Shown here in pieces: positions 52,268 through 62,666 of a DNA stretch of 64,000 nucleotides. The DNA comes from an uncultured bacterium. GTDB taxonomy: Bacteria; Hydrothermota; Hydrothermia; B15-G9; WFZT01. Position 1 is the stretch's first letter. Each line of letters begins with the position of its first letter. The position numbers and the translations under genes were made by a program. Location of the stretch: the NCBI GenBank assembly GCA_964398355.1, contig CAYNMM010000047.1, positions 11,738 to 75,737 of the forward strand. Direction: 5' to 3'. The notes beneath the pieces are model-generated. The model was not told the origin of the DNA and ran no database searches. It saw only the letters and a list, made by a program, of their open reading frames with translations.

Positions 52268-52819
52268 ATGAGTAACGTAAAAAAGTCATTGGTGCTTGGT
52301 ATTATTATCGGAGCAGTAGTTGCTTTTGTTATTTCTCTCATAGCTGCCCAGATTGTGCAGGTCACCTCTACACCTGAATTTTGCGCATCCTGTCACGAGA
52401 TGAAACCCATGTACGAGACCTGGCTTACAGGTCCACATGGTCCTAATTACGAAAATGGAAGAGGTGTAGAGCGTGCGAAATGTACAGATTGTCACCTTCC
52501 ACATGGTACAAATGTCATAAATTATCTTATTGCCAAGGGTATTAGTGGAACCAAAGATTATGTTGTGCATCTGACTGGCGCTGGACGTGTAGATTGGGAG
52601 AAAAAACTCGATGAGCCTGAAAAATACGTTTACGTGAAAAGTTGTCTTCATTGTCATACAAATCTGACTGATGCACCTGGATTAAGTGACGATGCTAAGG
52701 AGTCTCATAGAGATGCTTTTAAAGAAAGTAAGTATCCAAACTGTCTTGAATGCCACGATTACGCAGGCCACGGAGAAGACTTTGCAGACAAACTCCAGGA
52801 ATATTTGAAAAAGAAATAA
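52268..52819 (+). CDS. NapC/NirT/NrfH-family membrane-anchored tetraheme cytochrome c
   Basis: 183 aa, N-terminal TM helix, four CxxCH motifs (CASCH, CTDCH, CLHCH, CLECH). Confidence 0.75.
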   Translation: MSNVKKSLVLGIIIGAVVAFVISLIAAQIVQVTSTPEFCASCHEMKPMYETWLTGPHGPNYENGRGVERAKCTDCHLPHGTNVINYLIAKGISGTKDYVVHLTGAGRVDWEKKLDEPEKYVYVKSCLHCHTNLTDAPGLSDDAKESHRDAFKESKYPNCLECHDYAGHGEDFADKLQEYLKKK

Positions 52820-52994
52820 GACCGAGCCTGGCTTGAAGGGGATGGATTAGAGGTTAAATTAGTTTTTATTGAGATGTAACTGTAGAATGCGGAGATAGAA
52901 ATTTGTATTTTAAAAATTTTTTCAGTTCTTGTGGGTGTTTAAGGCAAAATTAGATTGCTGTCATTTAGGAGATTGTCAGTGAGACTCAAAGAAT

Positions 52995-53690
52995 TCAGGA
53001 AGATGAGAATTTCCCGTCAGGAATGAGTTTCCCATCGAGTAGTTTGTAGGATTTTTTAAAAAATTTTTTAAGTTCGTCATTGTGAGTTACCAGTACAATC
53101 GTAACTCCTCTTTCATTCAGCGATTTGAGGAGTTCCATTAGCAGGTCAGCATTATCTCTATCAAGGTTACCAGTGGGTTCATCTGCGAGTATGATATCCG
53201 GGTTTGTAATCAGAGCTCTTGCGACTGCGATTCTCTGTCTTTCGCCTCCTGATAATTCTGATGGAAAATGGTGATGTCTGTCTTTGAGTCCAAGTTGATC
53301 AAGTAGTCCAAGGGCTTTTTTTCGAGCTTCATCTGAATTTATCCCCCTGAGTATGAGTGGAAGCATCACATTTTCCAGAGCAGTAAATTCTGGCAGGAGA
53401 TTATAAAACTGAAAAACGAAGCCGATTTTCTTATTTCTTAAATCGGAAATCGCTTCATCTGAGAGGCCGTTTATCGAGATATCTCCATATAAGATCTCGC
53501 CACTGTCTGGATTTTCGAGTGTCCCCATGATGCTTAGAAGAGTGGATTTTCCTGATCCTGATGGTCCGGTGATTCCTATAAAATCACCTCTAATAACCTG
53601 AAGATCAATTCCACGGAGCACATGAATAGTAGTGTTTCCTGAAGGATAGCTTTTTTTTACGTCTTTGAGTGTCACAATCGCGTTATTCAT
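52995..53690 (-). CDS. lolD: ABC transporter ATP-binding protein, LolD-like
   Basis: Walker [12 protein letters not shown], signature LSGGERQRIAVARAL, typical LolD/MacB-type N-terminus. Confidence 0.8.
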   Translation of the reverse strand: MNNAIVTLKDVKKSYPSGNTTIHVLRGIDLQVIRGDFIGITGPSGSGKSTLLSIMGTLENPDSGEILYGDISINGLSDEAISDLRNKKIGFVFQFYNLLPEFTALENVMLPLILRGINSDEARKKALGLLDQLGLKDRHHHFPSELSGGERQRIAVARALITNPDIILADEPTGNLDRDNADLLMELLKSLNERGVTIVLVTHNDELKKFFKKSYKLLDGKLIPDGKFSSS

Positions 53691-54894
53691 TTCTTATGGC
53701 CTCCTGCGGGCTCAGAGATGCGGCTCTATGAGCTGGATAAAGAGTCGCCAGAAAAATTATCAAGAATGTTGCCACAATGATTGTTAAAACGTCTGAAAAT
53801 TTTGTTTGAACGGGAAGGTGATCAACGAAATAGACATCCGGAGGTAGAGAGATCAGTTTATATTTACCGATCAGGAAATTCACAATTACGCCAAAAAAAC
53901 CACCTCCAACTGCACCAAATAGTCCAACAAATCCACCAACCATCATAAAAATTCTTTTAATACCTCTGGAGGTAACTCCGAGTGTTCGTAAAATTCCTAT
54001 ATCTCTCGTTTTCTGGACCACGAGAAGCATTAGCATTGCCACGATAGAGAAGGAGGCAACTACGATGATCAAGATCAGAATAACAAACATTGCAATCTTT
54101 TCGAGTTTTAGAGCCGAAAACAAGCTCCGGTTCATTTCAATCCAGGTGACAATTCGGTAGTCTATGGGGAGAAGCTTTGAGATTTTCCTGGCAAATTCAT
54201 TGGCGCTGTACGGATTTTTCAATTCTACTTCTACGCCCGAAACTCCGGTAGAAATACCGGAGACATTTCTCGCTCCTGCAAGGTCTGTGAGTACAATGCT
54301 TGTGTTAAAGTCGTATATCCCAAAGTCAACAACGCCTGTGACTTCCATATTTCTCGCCCTTATACCGGAGAGGAGATTTGTAGATTTACCCCTGAAGGTT
54401 AGAATAGTAATCGTGTCGCCCGGATATGCATTCATATCTGAGGCAAGGAGAGTTCCAAGCACGACCTTATCTTTACCCAGGTCAAATTCTCCTGTAACCA
54501 CAGAGTTTTCCAACTCTAATAAGCGTGGGTCTTTGAGGAAATCCACTCCTTTAAGTACTACACCGTCGGCCTTATCTCCCTTTTTAACGACACATTTAAC
54601 CATAATGTAGGGATTTGCTGACTTGACCTCACGGAATTTTTTGAGGATGTTGATAATTGAATCCGGGTGTTCAACGGGATTTCCATAGTAGTTTGTGATA
54701 ATGATATGCGGATTTATCCCCAGTATGCGTTTTTTTAATTCCTGATGCATACCAGACATCACGCCAATCACAATTACAAGGGCAGCAACTCCCAGGAATA
54801 CCCCGAGAATTGAGAAAAATGACAGGTACGATAGTACACCCTTACCGGTTAACTTGAGATATCGAAGGGCAATAAAGAGCTCAGCTTTCTTCAT
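53683..54894 (-). CDS. LolC/LolE-family (FtsX-like) lipoprotein-release permease
   Basis: 403 aa. N-terminal FIALRYLK, large periplasmic loop, 4 TM. Confidence 0.8.
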   Translation of the reverse strand: MKKAELFIALRYLKLTGKGVLSYLSFFSILGVFLGVAALVIVIGVMSGMHQELKKRILGINPHIIITNYYGNPVEHPDSIINILKKFREVKSANPYIMVKCVVKKGDKADGVVLKGVDFLKDPRLLELENSVVTGEFDLGKDKVVLGTLLASDMNAYPGDTITILTFRGKSTNLLSGIRARNMEVTGVVDFGIYDFNTSIVLTDLAGARNVSGISTGVSGVEVELKNPYSANEFARKISKLLPIDYRIVTWIEMNRSLFSALKLEKIAMFVILILIIVVASFSIVAMLMLLVVQKTRDIGILRTLGVTSRGIKRIFMMVGGFVGLFGAVGGGFFGVIVNFLIGKYKLISLPPDVYFVDHLPVQTKFSDVLTIIVATFLIIFLATLYPAHRAASLSPQEAIRNE

Positions 54895-56378
54895 TCCTTT
54901 TTGGGACGCAGTTGTGGAAACAGTATTACATCTCTTATGGAAGGTTGATTGGTCAGGAGCATAACAATTCTATCAATTCCATAGCCAATTCCACCGGCTG
55001 GAGGCATTCCTACTTCAAGTGCCTTCAAGAAATCTTCATCAATTTCTGCCGGTATTTCAGCATCACCCAGTTTCCTCAGTTCAACCTGTTTTTCGAATCT
55101 TTCTCTCTGGTCAATAGGATCGTTCAACTCAGAGAATGCATTTGCTATTTCCATTCCGAGAATAAAAAGTTCAAATCTTTCGGTCACTCCTGGTATTTGC
55201 CTGTGTTTCTTTGCCAGTGGTGATATTTCAACAGGATGGTTGATAACGAATGCTGGATCTTTTATATGATCTCCTATAAGTTTGTCAAAGAGTTTGTCCA
55301 TGAGCTTATGCCGGGGAAGTTTATCATACTTGTCAACTTCATGAAGTTTAGCCGCGTTTCTGAGTTTATCCTCATCTGCGTCGAGTGGGTTAAATCCGAG
55401 GTGGTCGCTCAGTGATTCAACGTAGTCAATCCTTTTGAAGGGTGGTTTGAATGATATTTTCTCACCCTGGAATTCAATTTCGTATGACCCCTTAATTTCC
55501 AGGGCAAGTGAGGATAAAAGTTCTTCGGTCATGTTGAGCATATCATTGTAATCCCAATAGGCTGCATAGGCCTCAAGAAGGGTAAATTCAGGGTAGTGAA
55601 GACGGTCGATCCCCTCGTTACGGAAATCCTTTGAGAACTCGTAGACCTTCTCAAAACCTCCGACGAGTAACCTTTTCAGGTACAACTCGTTTGAGATTCT
55701 AAGGTAAAGTTTTGTGCCGAGAACGTTGGAATATGTCTCAAAAGGTTTAGCCATTGCTCCACCATAAATGGGCTGGAGCACCGGAGTCTCCATCTCGAGA
55801 AATCCCTTTGAATTGAGGAAATTTCTTATAAAGTTAATAATTTTCACACGTGTTCTGAAAACTACTCTTGAATCCGGATTTACGATCAGGTCTACATATC
55901 TTTCTCTGTAGCGAAGTTCTTTATCCTGGAGGCCATGCCACTTTTCAGGCAGAGGGAGGAGAGCCTTGGACAGAATTTGAATTTCTTTCGCAAGTACACT
56001 TATTTCACCAGTTTTTGTTTTGAAAACTTCACCAGTGACACCCAGGATGTCGCCTGTATCAACGAATTTTTTGAAAAATTTCGAACCGTCCTCTTCCTGT
56101 GAAAGTCCAGCAACTTTTGTTACTCCTCTTTGAGTAACTATTTGGATGTCACCCTGTTCATCCCTGATGTGTGCGAAGTTTAATTTTCCAAAGATCCTTC
56201 TGGTGATGATCCTGCCAGCAATACGGACATCTTTGCCCTCAAGCTTGTCAAAATTTTCCTTGATCTCCATTGAATGGTGGGAAACGTTGAATTTGTACGG
56301 ATAAGGCTCAATTCCTATTTCTCGCAGCTTTTTAACCTTTTCTTTCCGAATAAAAAATTCCTCCGGATAACTTCTCAC
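54891..56378 (-). CDS. lysS: lysine--tRNA ligase (class II)
   Basis: 495 aa. OB-fold N-domain and class II motifs (FRNEG, GGIGYGIDR). Confidence 0.9.
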   Translation of the reverse strand: MRSYPEEFFIRKEKVKKLREIGIEPYPYKFNVSHHSMEIKENFDKLEGKDVRIAGRIITRRIFGKLNFAHIRDEQGDIQIVTQRGVTKVAGLSQEEDGSKFFKKFVDTGDILGVTGEVFKTKTGEISVLAKEIQILSKALLPLPEKWHGLQDKELRYRERYVDLIVNPDSRVVFRTRVKIINFIRNFLNSKGFLEMETPVLQPIYGGAMAKPFETYSNVLGTKLYLRISNELYLKRLLVGGFEKVYEFSKDFRNEGIDRLHYPEFTLLEAYAAYWDYNDMLNMTEELLSSLALEIKGSYEIEFQGEKISFKPPFKRIDYVESLSDHLGFNPLDADEDKLRNAAKLHEVDKYDKLPRHKLMDKLFDKLIGDHIKDPAFVINHPVEISPLAKKHRQIPGVTERFELFILGMEIANAFSELNDPIDQRERFEKQVELRKLGDAEIPAEIDEDFLKALEVGMPPAGGIGYGIDRIVMLLTNQPSIRDVILFPQLRPKKE

Positions 56379-56455
56379 TTTTCGCTCCTCCCTATTGGAA
56401 TGACAAAATTTTAACTCAAAATACTAAAATATTCACCTAATGATAGGATGTCTCT

Positions 56456-57625
56456 CTACTCTCCAGTGTTCCCCTCAGAATCTGTTTTTATCAGTAAAAT
56501 GTCTCCAGTGTTATTGGTGAAATTCAGATCTTTGACACCGGTTAAAATATACCCTCCGTCATCTGCACAAAATACACTGTATCCTGCATCGTCCGAAGTT
56601 CCTCCAAAGGTTTTAGTCCACTGGATGTCACCACTTGAATTTGTTTTCAGGAGGTAAACATCACTTCCACCTGCACCAAAAGATCTTGTTTTCCCCACGA
56701 TGATGAAGCTTCCATCGTCGAGCACCTTTATTGAGTACCCCACATCGTCACTACTTCCACCGTAAACCCTCTGTAGAATTAAGGAGCCTGTGGAGTCGGT
56801 TTTGATCAAGGCAACGTTTTCAACGTATGTTTCGGTCCCCATAAAACCGGTTATAACAAGATCACCATCAGGAGTTTGCTGGATAGAATAAGCTCCATCA
56901 TGGGTAGATCCTCCATAATTGTGTTGCCATAGAAGGTTCCCCTGATTGTCAGTAATCACGAGATAGATTTGTACCCTGTTCCCGAAGGAGTAGGTCAATC
57001 CAGCGATAGCGTACCACCCATTTCTCATCTGAATAACACTGTAACCTATGTCTCTGTCCGAACCGCCAAATGTCCTCTGCCATTGAACGTTGCCGAATCC
57101 GTCTGTCTTAACCAGATAGACATCACCATTTCCGGCACCGTATGAATAGGTGTAACCGCAGATGATGTAACCGCCATCATTTGTCAGCGAAATGGATTTA
57201 CCGGCATCTATTCCACTACCACCAATGGATTTCTGCCATTGTAAATTTCCCTGAGAATCAATTTTAATAAGTAAAACATCAGTTGAGTTTTCACCTACAA
57301 CTATATATCCGCCGTCTGGAGTCTGTCTAATTTCATGAGCTTCTTCATTATCAGTCCCTCCTATTGATCTTTCCCAGAGTGGGTTTCCTTTAGAGTCTAC
57401 TTTTATAACATAAACATTTTTATCTGTAGTTGAGTTTTCTATATATCCGGCGAGTACGTACCCTCCATCTGAGGATTGAATTACAGATTTCCCTTCATCG
57501 ATAAACTGACCACCAAAGGTTTTGACAAAAGTAACCTGTTCCTGCGGATTTGTAGTTTTTTCACAGGCAACAGATATGAGTGAAACTATTAACCCTGTAA
57601 GAATTACATATTTACTCATACTCAC
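56456..57625 (-). CDS. lipoprotein built from seven tandem ~50-aa repeats (predicted beta-propeller)
   Basis: Lipobox LISVAC. Seven copies of FGGxxxDxGxSVxQTxDGGYIIxGxTxSFGxGxxDVYLIKTDxxGNxxWxKTF read in the translation. Confidence 0.5.
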   Translation of the reverse strand: MSMSKYVILTGLIVSLISVACEKTTNPQEQVTFVKTFGGQFIDEGKSVIQSSDGGYVLAGYIENSTTDKNVYVIKVDSKGNPLWERSIGGTDNEEAHEIRQTPDGGYIVVGENSTDVLLIKIDSQGNLQWQKSIGGSGIDAGKSISLTNDGGYIICGYTYSYGAGNGDVYLVKTDGFGNVQWQRTFGGSDRDIGYSVIQMRNGWYAIAGLTYSFGNRVQIYLVITDNQGNLLWQHNYGGSTHDGAYSIQQTPDGDLVITGFMGTETYVENVALIKTDSTGSLILQRVYGGSSDDVGYSIKVLDDGSFIIVGKTRSFGAGGSDVYLLKTNSSGDIQWTKTFGGTSDDAGYSVFCADDGGYILTGVKDLNFTNNTGDILLIKTDSEGNTGE

Positions 57626-57766
57626 CTCCTTATTATTCTTATAATAAGCTAATTTTACGGTTTATTTATCTTTTGTAAAAGGTTTTCCTGCATAATTGTT
57701 CCTAAATAAAAAATTGGATCATTGTATTATAAGATTTTGATCATAGGAAGTAATTACTACGTGGGT

Positions 57767-58834
57767 TCATCGGGAGATTTTAATATTTTTTAGAAGTGTA
57801 GCGATTAACAAAGCGTCAGAAAGGTCAATGTATCCCATGTGGCCGATGCGAAAGATTTCCCCTTTCATACTCCCCTGACCAGGGGCAATTTTGATTCCAT
57901 GGTCTTCAAAATACGTGAGAATTTCTACATCTGTCAGGTTTTCTGGTATTTTTATGGCCGTTAGGTTTATTGATGGCTTTTGTGAGAATAGTTTAAAACC
58001 AGCGTTATGTGCTCCATTCCTTACGATTTTTGCGATTTGACGATGTCTTTCCTCTACTCTATCAATCCCCTCTTTAAGTATTAATTCAAGTGCCTTATCA
58101 AGGCCTAAGATCAGGTTAACGGCAGGAGTAAATAGAGGACGTGCTTTCATCTGTGCTTCAAATTCTTTCTGAACATCGAAATAATATTTCGGAAACGCAG
58201 ATTTTGACATGAAACTTTCAGCTTTTTGAGAGAACCACAAAAATGATAAACCGGGTGGAAGCATAAGCCCTTTCTGTGAACCCCAGACGAGGACATCGAT
58301 CTTTAATTCTTCAGGAAATATTTTGTAAACACCAAAACTGGATACTGCGTCTACTACAAGTAATGTATTTTCAGGCACTATAGAGCCAAGAAACTTGATA
58401 TCGTGTTCTGTGCCAGTTGACGTTTCTGTGTGCTGCACAAAGATTCCGGAGTATGAATTCTCTCTGAGTTCGTGCATGACCACGGATTTGTCAAATGTGT
58501 GTCCATAAGGATAGTGAAGGCATTTCACGTCAAGTTCGTATGTCTTTGCAATTTCACACCACCTTTCTCCAAATTTCCCGGCGGAGATAACAAGTACTTT
58601 ATCACCGGGTGAAAAGAAATTTATCACTGCTGCCACCATCGCACCTGTACCGGATGACGAGAAGATTACAGCATCTCTTGAAGTTTTCATCAAATCTTTC
58701 AGTTTCCCCCTTACTCTGAAGAAAATCTCTTTAAATTCGGGCTTTCTATGGTGCGGGATAGGTGAGCCGAGAACTTTCAACACCTCTGGTGGAATCTCTG
58801 TTGGGCCTGGAGTGAAAAGTCTCTGCTTTTTCAT
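57767..58834 (-). CDS. serC: class V aminotransferase (probable phosphoserine aminotransferase, archaeal/AGXT type)
   Basis: 355 aa. LFTPGPTEIPPEVL N-terminus of the class V fold. ATGA-coupled downstream of serA. Confidence 0.6.
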   Translation of the reverse strand: MKKQRLFTPGPTEIPPEVLKVLGSPIPHHRKPEFKEIFFRVRGKLKDLMKTSRDAVIFSSSGTGAMVAAVINFFSPGDKVLVISAGKFGERWCEIAKTYELDVKCLHYPYGHTFDKSVVMHELRENSYSGIFVQHTETSTGTEHDIKFLGSIVPENTLLVVDAVSSFGVYKIFPEELKIDVLVWGSQKGLMLPPGLSFLWFSQKAESFMSKSAFPKYYFDVQKEFEAQMKARPLFTPAVNLILGLDKALELILKEGIDRVEERHRQIAKIVRNGAHNAGFKLFSQKPSINLTAIKIPENLTDVEILTYFEDHGIKIAPGQGSMKGEIFRIGHMGYIDLSDALLIATLLKNIKISR

Positions 58835-60405
58835 AATGATACGTAGGCAACGTTTGTTATATATTCAAGATTTTTTAGCTCGTTCAGGAGATCCTTTTCA
58901 GGCTTTTTGTTCAACTTCAGGATACCGAGTCCAAATTTCCTTCGTGTAAAGTAACGTAGATCTGAGATGTTGTATCCTCTCGAAGCTATTTTATATCCAA
59001 TTTCGCCAATAATTCCGGGTGCGTCGATGGTTTCGAAGAATAAAAGTTCACCGCGTGGCTCAATTTCAAACCAGAAGTCTTTTATATTGAGAATTCTGTA
59101 ATATTTCTCGTCGAATACACTACCGGCCATCTTATTTTTACTACCGTTGTATCCCTTTACAAAAATAATGTTTTTAAAATTATGGAGGCCATCTCCAGTT
59201 TTTATTATAACTTCGATTCCCTTATCTTTGGCAAGATATGGAGCATTAATTTCATTAACATGAGCATCTGTTATCTGTGTGAGAAGTCCCTTCAGAAAAT
59301 AGGCCTTGACAATGTCTGTGAGATTCTTAGCAGAACCAAGGAGCTCGATCTCAATAACCGGTGTTTTAAGGCCAAAAAGTGCGGGGAAGAGTTTGCCCAT
59401 TCTTTCAGCGAGTTTTTTATAGGCTTTGACAAACGGAGTCGCTGCAGATTCCTGAAGCGGAAAGTTTACAGGACTTTTAACCTCACGTCCTCTTAAAGCA
59501 TTTATAACATCTGTGACGACCATACTTGCAACATTTTCCATGGCTTCCTGTGTGTTCGCACCGATATGGGGTGTGAGACTCATAAAAGGAAACTCTTTGA
59601 TAGGAAAATCTGTAGGGGGTTCTTCAGGATATACATCAAGGGCAAAAGCCCCCACCTTTCCGTTTTTGACCGCCTTGAAGAGTGCATCATGGTCGATGAT
59701 ACCACCACGTGCGATGTTTAGAATAACCACTCCATCCTTCATTTTTTCAAACTCTTTATGAGAAATCATGCCGCGCGTCTCCTCTGTAAGAGGAGCGTGT
59801 ATTGTTATCACATCAGCAATTTCAAGGAGTTCATCGAGAGTCTTTAGAAGTTTTACACTGAGTTTCTCCGCCTTTGACTGAGGAATATACGGATCATAGG
59901 CGTAGAGTTTCATACCAAAAGCCAGTGCCCGTCGCGCTACTTCAGAGCCAATCCTTCCAAGCCCAATGATTCCAAGCTTCTTTCTGTAAAGTTCGTGTCC
60001 AAATAATTTTTTCTTGTGCCATTTACCATTGAGAATCCCATGGTGGCCGTACGGTATGCCACGGACACACGAAATCATGTGTGCGATGGTCAATTCTGCA
60101 ACCGAGATGCGGTTTCCACCAGCGGTGTTCACAACGAGTATTCCACGTTTCGAAGCTTCCTCTATATCGATACTGTCTACACCGACACCAGCACGTCCGA
60201 TTACCTTTAGTTTCCTCGCCCTTTCAAGTAGTTCCTTTGTTACTGGTGTCCTGCTTCTTGTTATAATGCCGTCATAATTTTTAATAATCTCCAGGAGTTC
60301 GTCCCATGGGATTCCGGGTCTGTAATCATACTCAACCCCCTCTTTGCTGAATATTCCGAATGTCTGTTCCGGCAGGGTGTCAGTGATTAAAACTTTTAGC
60401 TTCAT
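58831..60405 (-). CDS. serA: D-3-phosphoglycerate dehydrogenase (with C-terminal ACT domain)
   Basis: 524 aa. NAD-binding [17 protein letters not shown]-terminal ACT-like region. Confidence 0.85.
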   Translation of the reverse strand: MKLKVLITDTLPEQTFGIFSKEGVEYDYRPGIPWDELLEIIKNYDGIITRSRTPVTKELLERARKLKVIGRAGVGVDSIDIEEASKRGILVVNTAGGNRISVAELTIAHMISCVRGIPYGHHGILNGKWHKKKLFGHELYRKKLGIIGLGRIGSEVARRALAFGMKLYAYDPYIPQSKAEKLSVKLLKTLDELLEIADVITIHAPLTEETRGMISHKEFEKMKDGVVILNIARGGIIDHDALFKAVKNGKVGAFALDVYPEEPPTDFPIKEFPFMSLTPHIGANTQEAMENVASMVVTDVINALRGREVKSPVNFPLQESAATPFVKAYKKLAERMGKLFPALFGLKTPVIEIELLGSAKNLTDIVKAYFLKGLLTQITDAHVNEINAPYLAKDKGIEVIIKTGDGLHNFKNIIFVKGYNGSKNKMAGSVFDEKYYRILNIKDFWFEIEPRGELLFFETIDAPGIIGEIGYKIASRGYNISDLRYFTRRKFGLGILKLNKKPEKDLLNELKNLEYITNVAYVSL

Positions 60406-61679
60406 TTTGGTTCAATTATTTCAAGGCCACCCATATAGGGTCTTAAAACTTCTGGTATAACTACACTACCATCTTTTTGTTGATAATTTTCAAGAATGGC
60501 AATAAAAACACGTGGAGTTGCAAGACCTGAGCCGTTTAGGGTATGCATGAATTCAACCTTGCCATTTTTCCTTCTAAATCTTGCATTTGCACGTCTGGCC
60601 TGAAAATCCTCTGTATTTGAAACCGAGGATACCTCAAGCCATCTGTTGAGCCCGGGTGCCCATGCCTCAATGTCATAAGTCTTTGTCGCTGCAAATCCAA
60701 GATCACCGGTGCATAGTTCGACGATTCTATAAGGGATTTCAAGCATCTGGAGAATTCTTTCTGCATCTTTCAACATGGATTCGAGTTCCTCATAAGAGTC
60801 TTCTGGCTTTGTATACTTGAAAAGTTCCACTTTGTTAAACTGGTGAACCCGTATCATCCCTCTAACGTCTTTTCCATAGGATCCGGCCTCACGCCTGAAG
60901 CAGGAGGTATAAGCCACATATTTTTTTGTGAGTTCTTTCTCAGGCAAAATCTCGTCTCTGTGGAGATTAGCGAGTACAACTTCTGCAGTTGGAATTAGGA
61001 ACAGCTTATCTTCAGATGCAAAATACATCTCTTCGCGGAATTTTGGTAGATGCCCTGATGCATACATCGACTCCTCTCTAACGAGATATGGAGGATAAAT
61101 CTCCTCATACCCATGCTCTTTGGTATGAACATTCAGGAAGAAATTTATAAGGGCCCTCTCGAGCAAGGCTCCCTCTTTCCTGTAAATAACAAATCGCGAG
61201 CCTGATATTTTTCCTGCCCTTTCAAAATCCAGAATACCAAGAATTTCCCCAAGATCCCAGTGGGGTTTGGGATTGAAATCAAATTCTCGTTTCTCTCCCC
61301 AGTGTCGGGTTACCACATTCTCGGTCTCATCCTTACCTATAGGAACACTTTCATGTGGGATATTAGGAAGTTCCAGAAGCTTTCTATTAAAAATTTCTTC
61401 TACTTTCTTCCTCTCTTCCGCGAGAAGCTTAATTTTGTCTCCAATACCACGAACTTCTTCGATAATTGAAGTTGCATCACCACCAGATTTTTTTATTCTG
61501 GATACCTCTTTTGATTTCTCGTTTCTGACTTTTCTGAGTGAGTCCTCTTCTTTAATAATCTCTCTCCGCTTTCGATCAAGCTCAAGTAGAACGTCCACTA
61601 CGTCGGTTTCATAACCCCGTTTTTTTAATGCATTCCTGATGATGTCCGGATTTTCTCTCAACAGTTTTATATTTATCAT
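60402..61679 (-). CDS. serS: serine--tRNA ligase
   Basis: 425 aa. N-terminal coiled coil, class II motifs ([29 protein letters not shown]). Confidence 0.95.
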   Translation of the reverse strand: MINIKLLRENPDIIRNALKKRGYETDVVDVLLELDRKRREIIKEEDSLRKVRNEKSKEVSRIKKSGGDATSIIEEVRGIGDKIKLLAEERKKVEEIFNRKLLELPNIPHESVPIGKDETENVVTRHWGEKREFDFNPKPHWDLGEILGILDFERAGKISGSRFVIYRKEGALLERALINFFLNVHTKEHGYEEIYPPYLVREESMYASGHLPKFREEMYFASEDKLFLIPTAEVVLANLHRDEILPEKELTKKYVAYTSCFRREAGSYGKDVRGMIRVHQFNKVELFKYTKPEDSYEELESMLKDAERILQMLEIPYRIVELCTGDLGFAATKTYDIEAWAPGLNRWLEVSSVSNTEDFQARRANARFRRKNGKVEFMHTLNGSGLATPRVFIAILENYQQKDGSVVIPEVLRPYMGGLEIIEPK

Positions 61680-61739
61680 GAATTAAACCTCCAATGCTAA
61701 GTTTGCATAATTATAGCAGAAAAACTGTATAATTACACC

Positions 61740-62666
61740 ATGAAATTTATACTCGGGGACCTTAACCTCGATGAATATCAAAGATTACTTGATAATTCAA
61801 ATTATAAACGTATCTACAGGTCTTCTCAATTTCTTGACGTATGGGTGAAGGGTCTCTCCAATGTTTATTTGAAGTTTCTCATTTCAGATATAACTGTCAT
61901 ACCGACACTAATTTTCAATCGAGGACCACTCAAAGCACTCTATTCATTACCATATCAAACCTTTGGCGGTCCCGTTGGAAATCCACATCGGGAAATTGAA
62001 CTTACTTACGATTTTCGGAAATTCAGTGAGGTAGCAATTGATGATCCTGAACATCTCCTCATAATACCGGGAATGAAACTTACAACTGCAAAAGAGGCAT
62101 TTCTTCGCATAGATAGTAACTACTCTGAAATCCTCTCCCATTATTCTCCGTCTCGTAGAAAAATCGTCAGAAAATTTGAAAAAAATCCTCCTGATGTCAG
62201 GGAGTTTAAAGGTATAAGCGATGTTCCCCTAATTTATCCACTTTACCGTGAGTTTGCTCTGACCAGAAGTATACAGGTCTTCCCTCAGAAATTTTTTAGT
62301 GTACTCGTGGAAAATCTCTTTCCTGATAACCTATACGGGTTTGTCGCTTTTTCAAAGGGTAAGCCCGTGGGATACATACTAAACCTGTATGGATACGGGG
62401 AAGCAATTTCCTTTTCTCATGTTTGGCATAAGAAGATAAAGAATCTTTCCACATTCCTCATCGATCTTTCGATCAGACGGGCTATTGAGCTTGGATTAAA
62501 AGAATTCTCCCTTGGTTTAACAGATGAACCACTGAGAGGTGTTCTTGTTTTTAAAAGAAGCTTTGGCGTAGATTTTAGACCCATGAGAACATATTGGAAA
62601 AGGACTTTTTACCATAATCTTGCAAGAGATATTAAGACAGGTTTACGAAAATGGCTAAGATTTTAA
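61740..62666 (+). CDS. hypothetical protein, possibly FemAB/BioF2-like GNAT-fold acyltransferase (tentative)
   Basis: 308 aa. Weak resemblance only. 16-nt overlap with the downstream GT4 gene. Confidence 0.3.
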   Translation: MKFILGDLNLDEYQRLLDNSNYKRIYRSSQFLDVWVKGLSNVYLKFLISDITVIPTLIFNRGPLKALYSLPYQTFGGPVGNPHREIELTYDFRKFSEVAIDDPEHLLIIPGMKLTTAKEAFLRIDSNYSEILSHYSPSRRKIVRKFEKNPPDVREFKGISDVPLIYPLYREFALTRSIQVFPQKFFSVLVENLFPDNLYGFVAFSKGKPVGYILNLYGYGEAISFSHVWHKKIKNLSTFLIDLSIRRAIELGLKEFSLGLTDEPLRGVLVFKRSFGVDFRPMRTYWKRTFYHNLARDIKTGLRKWLRF

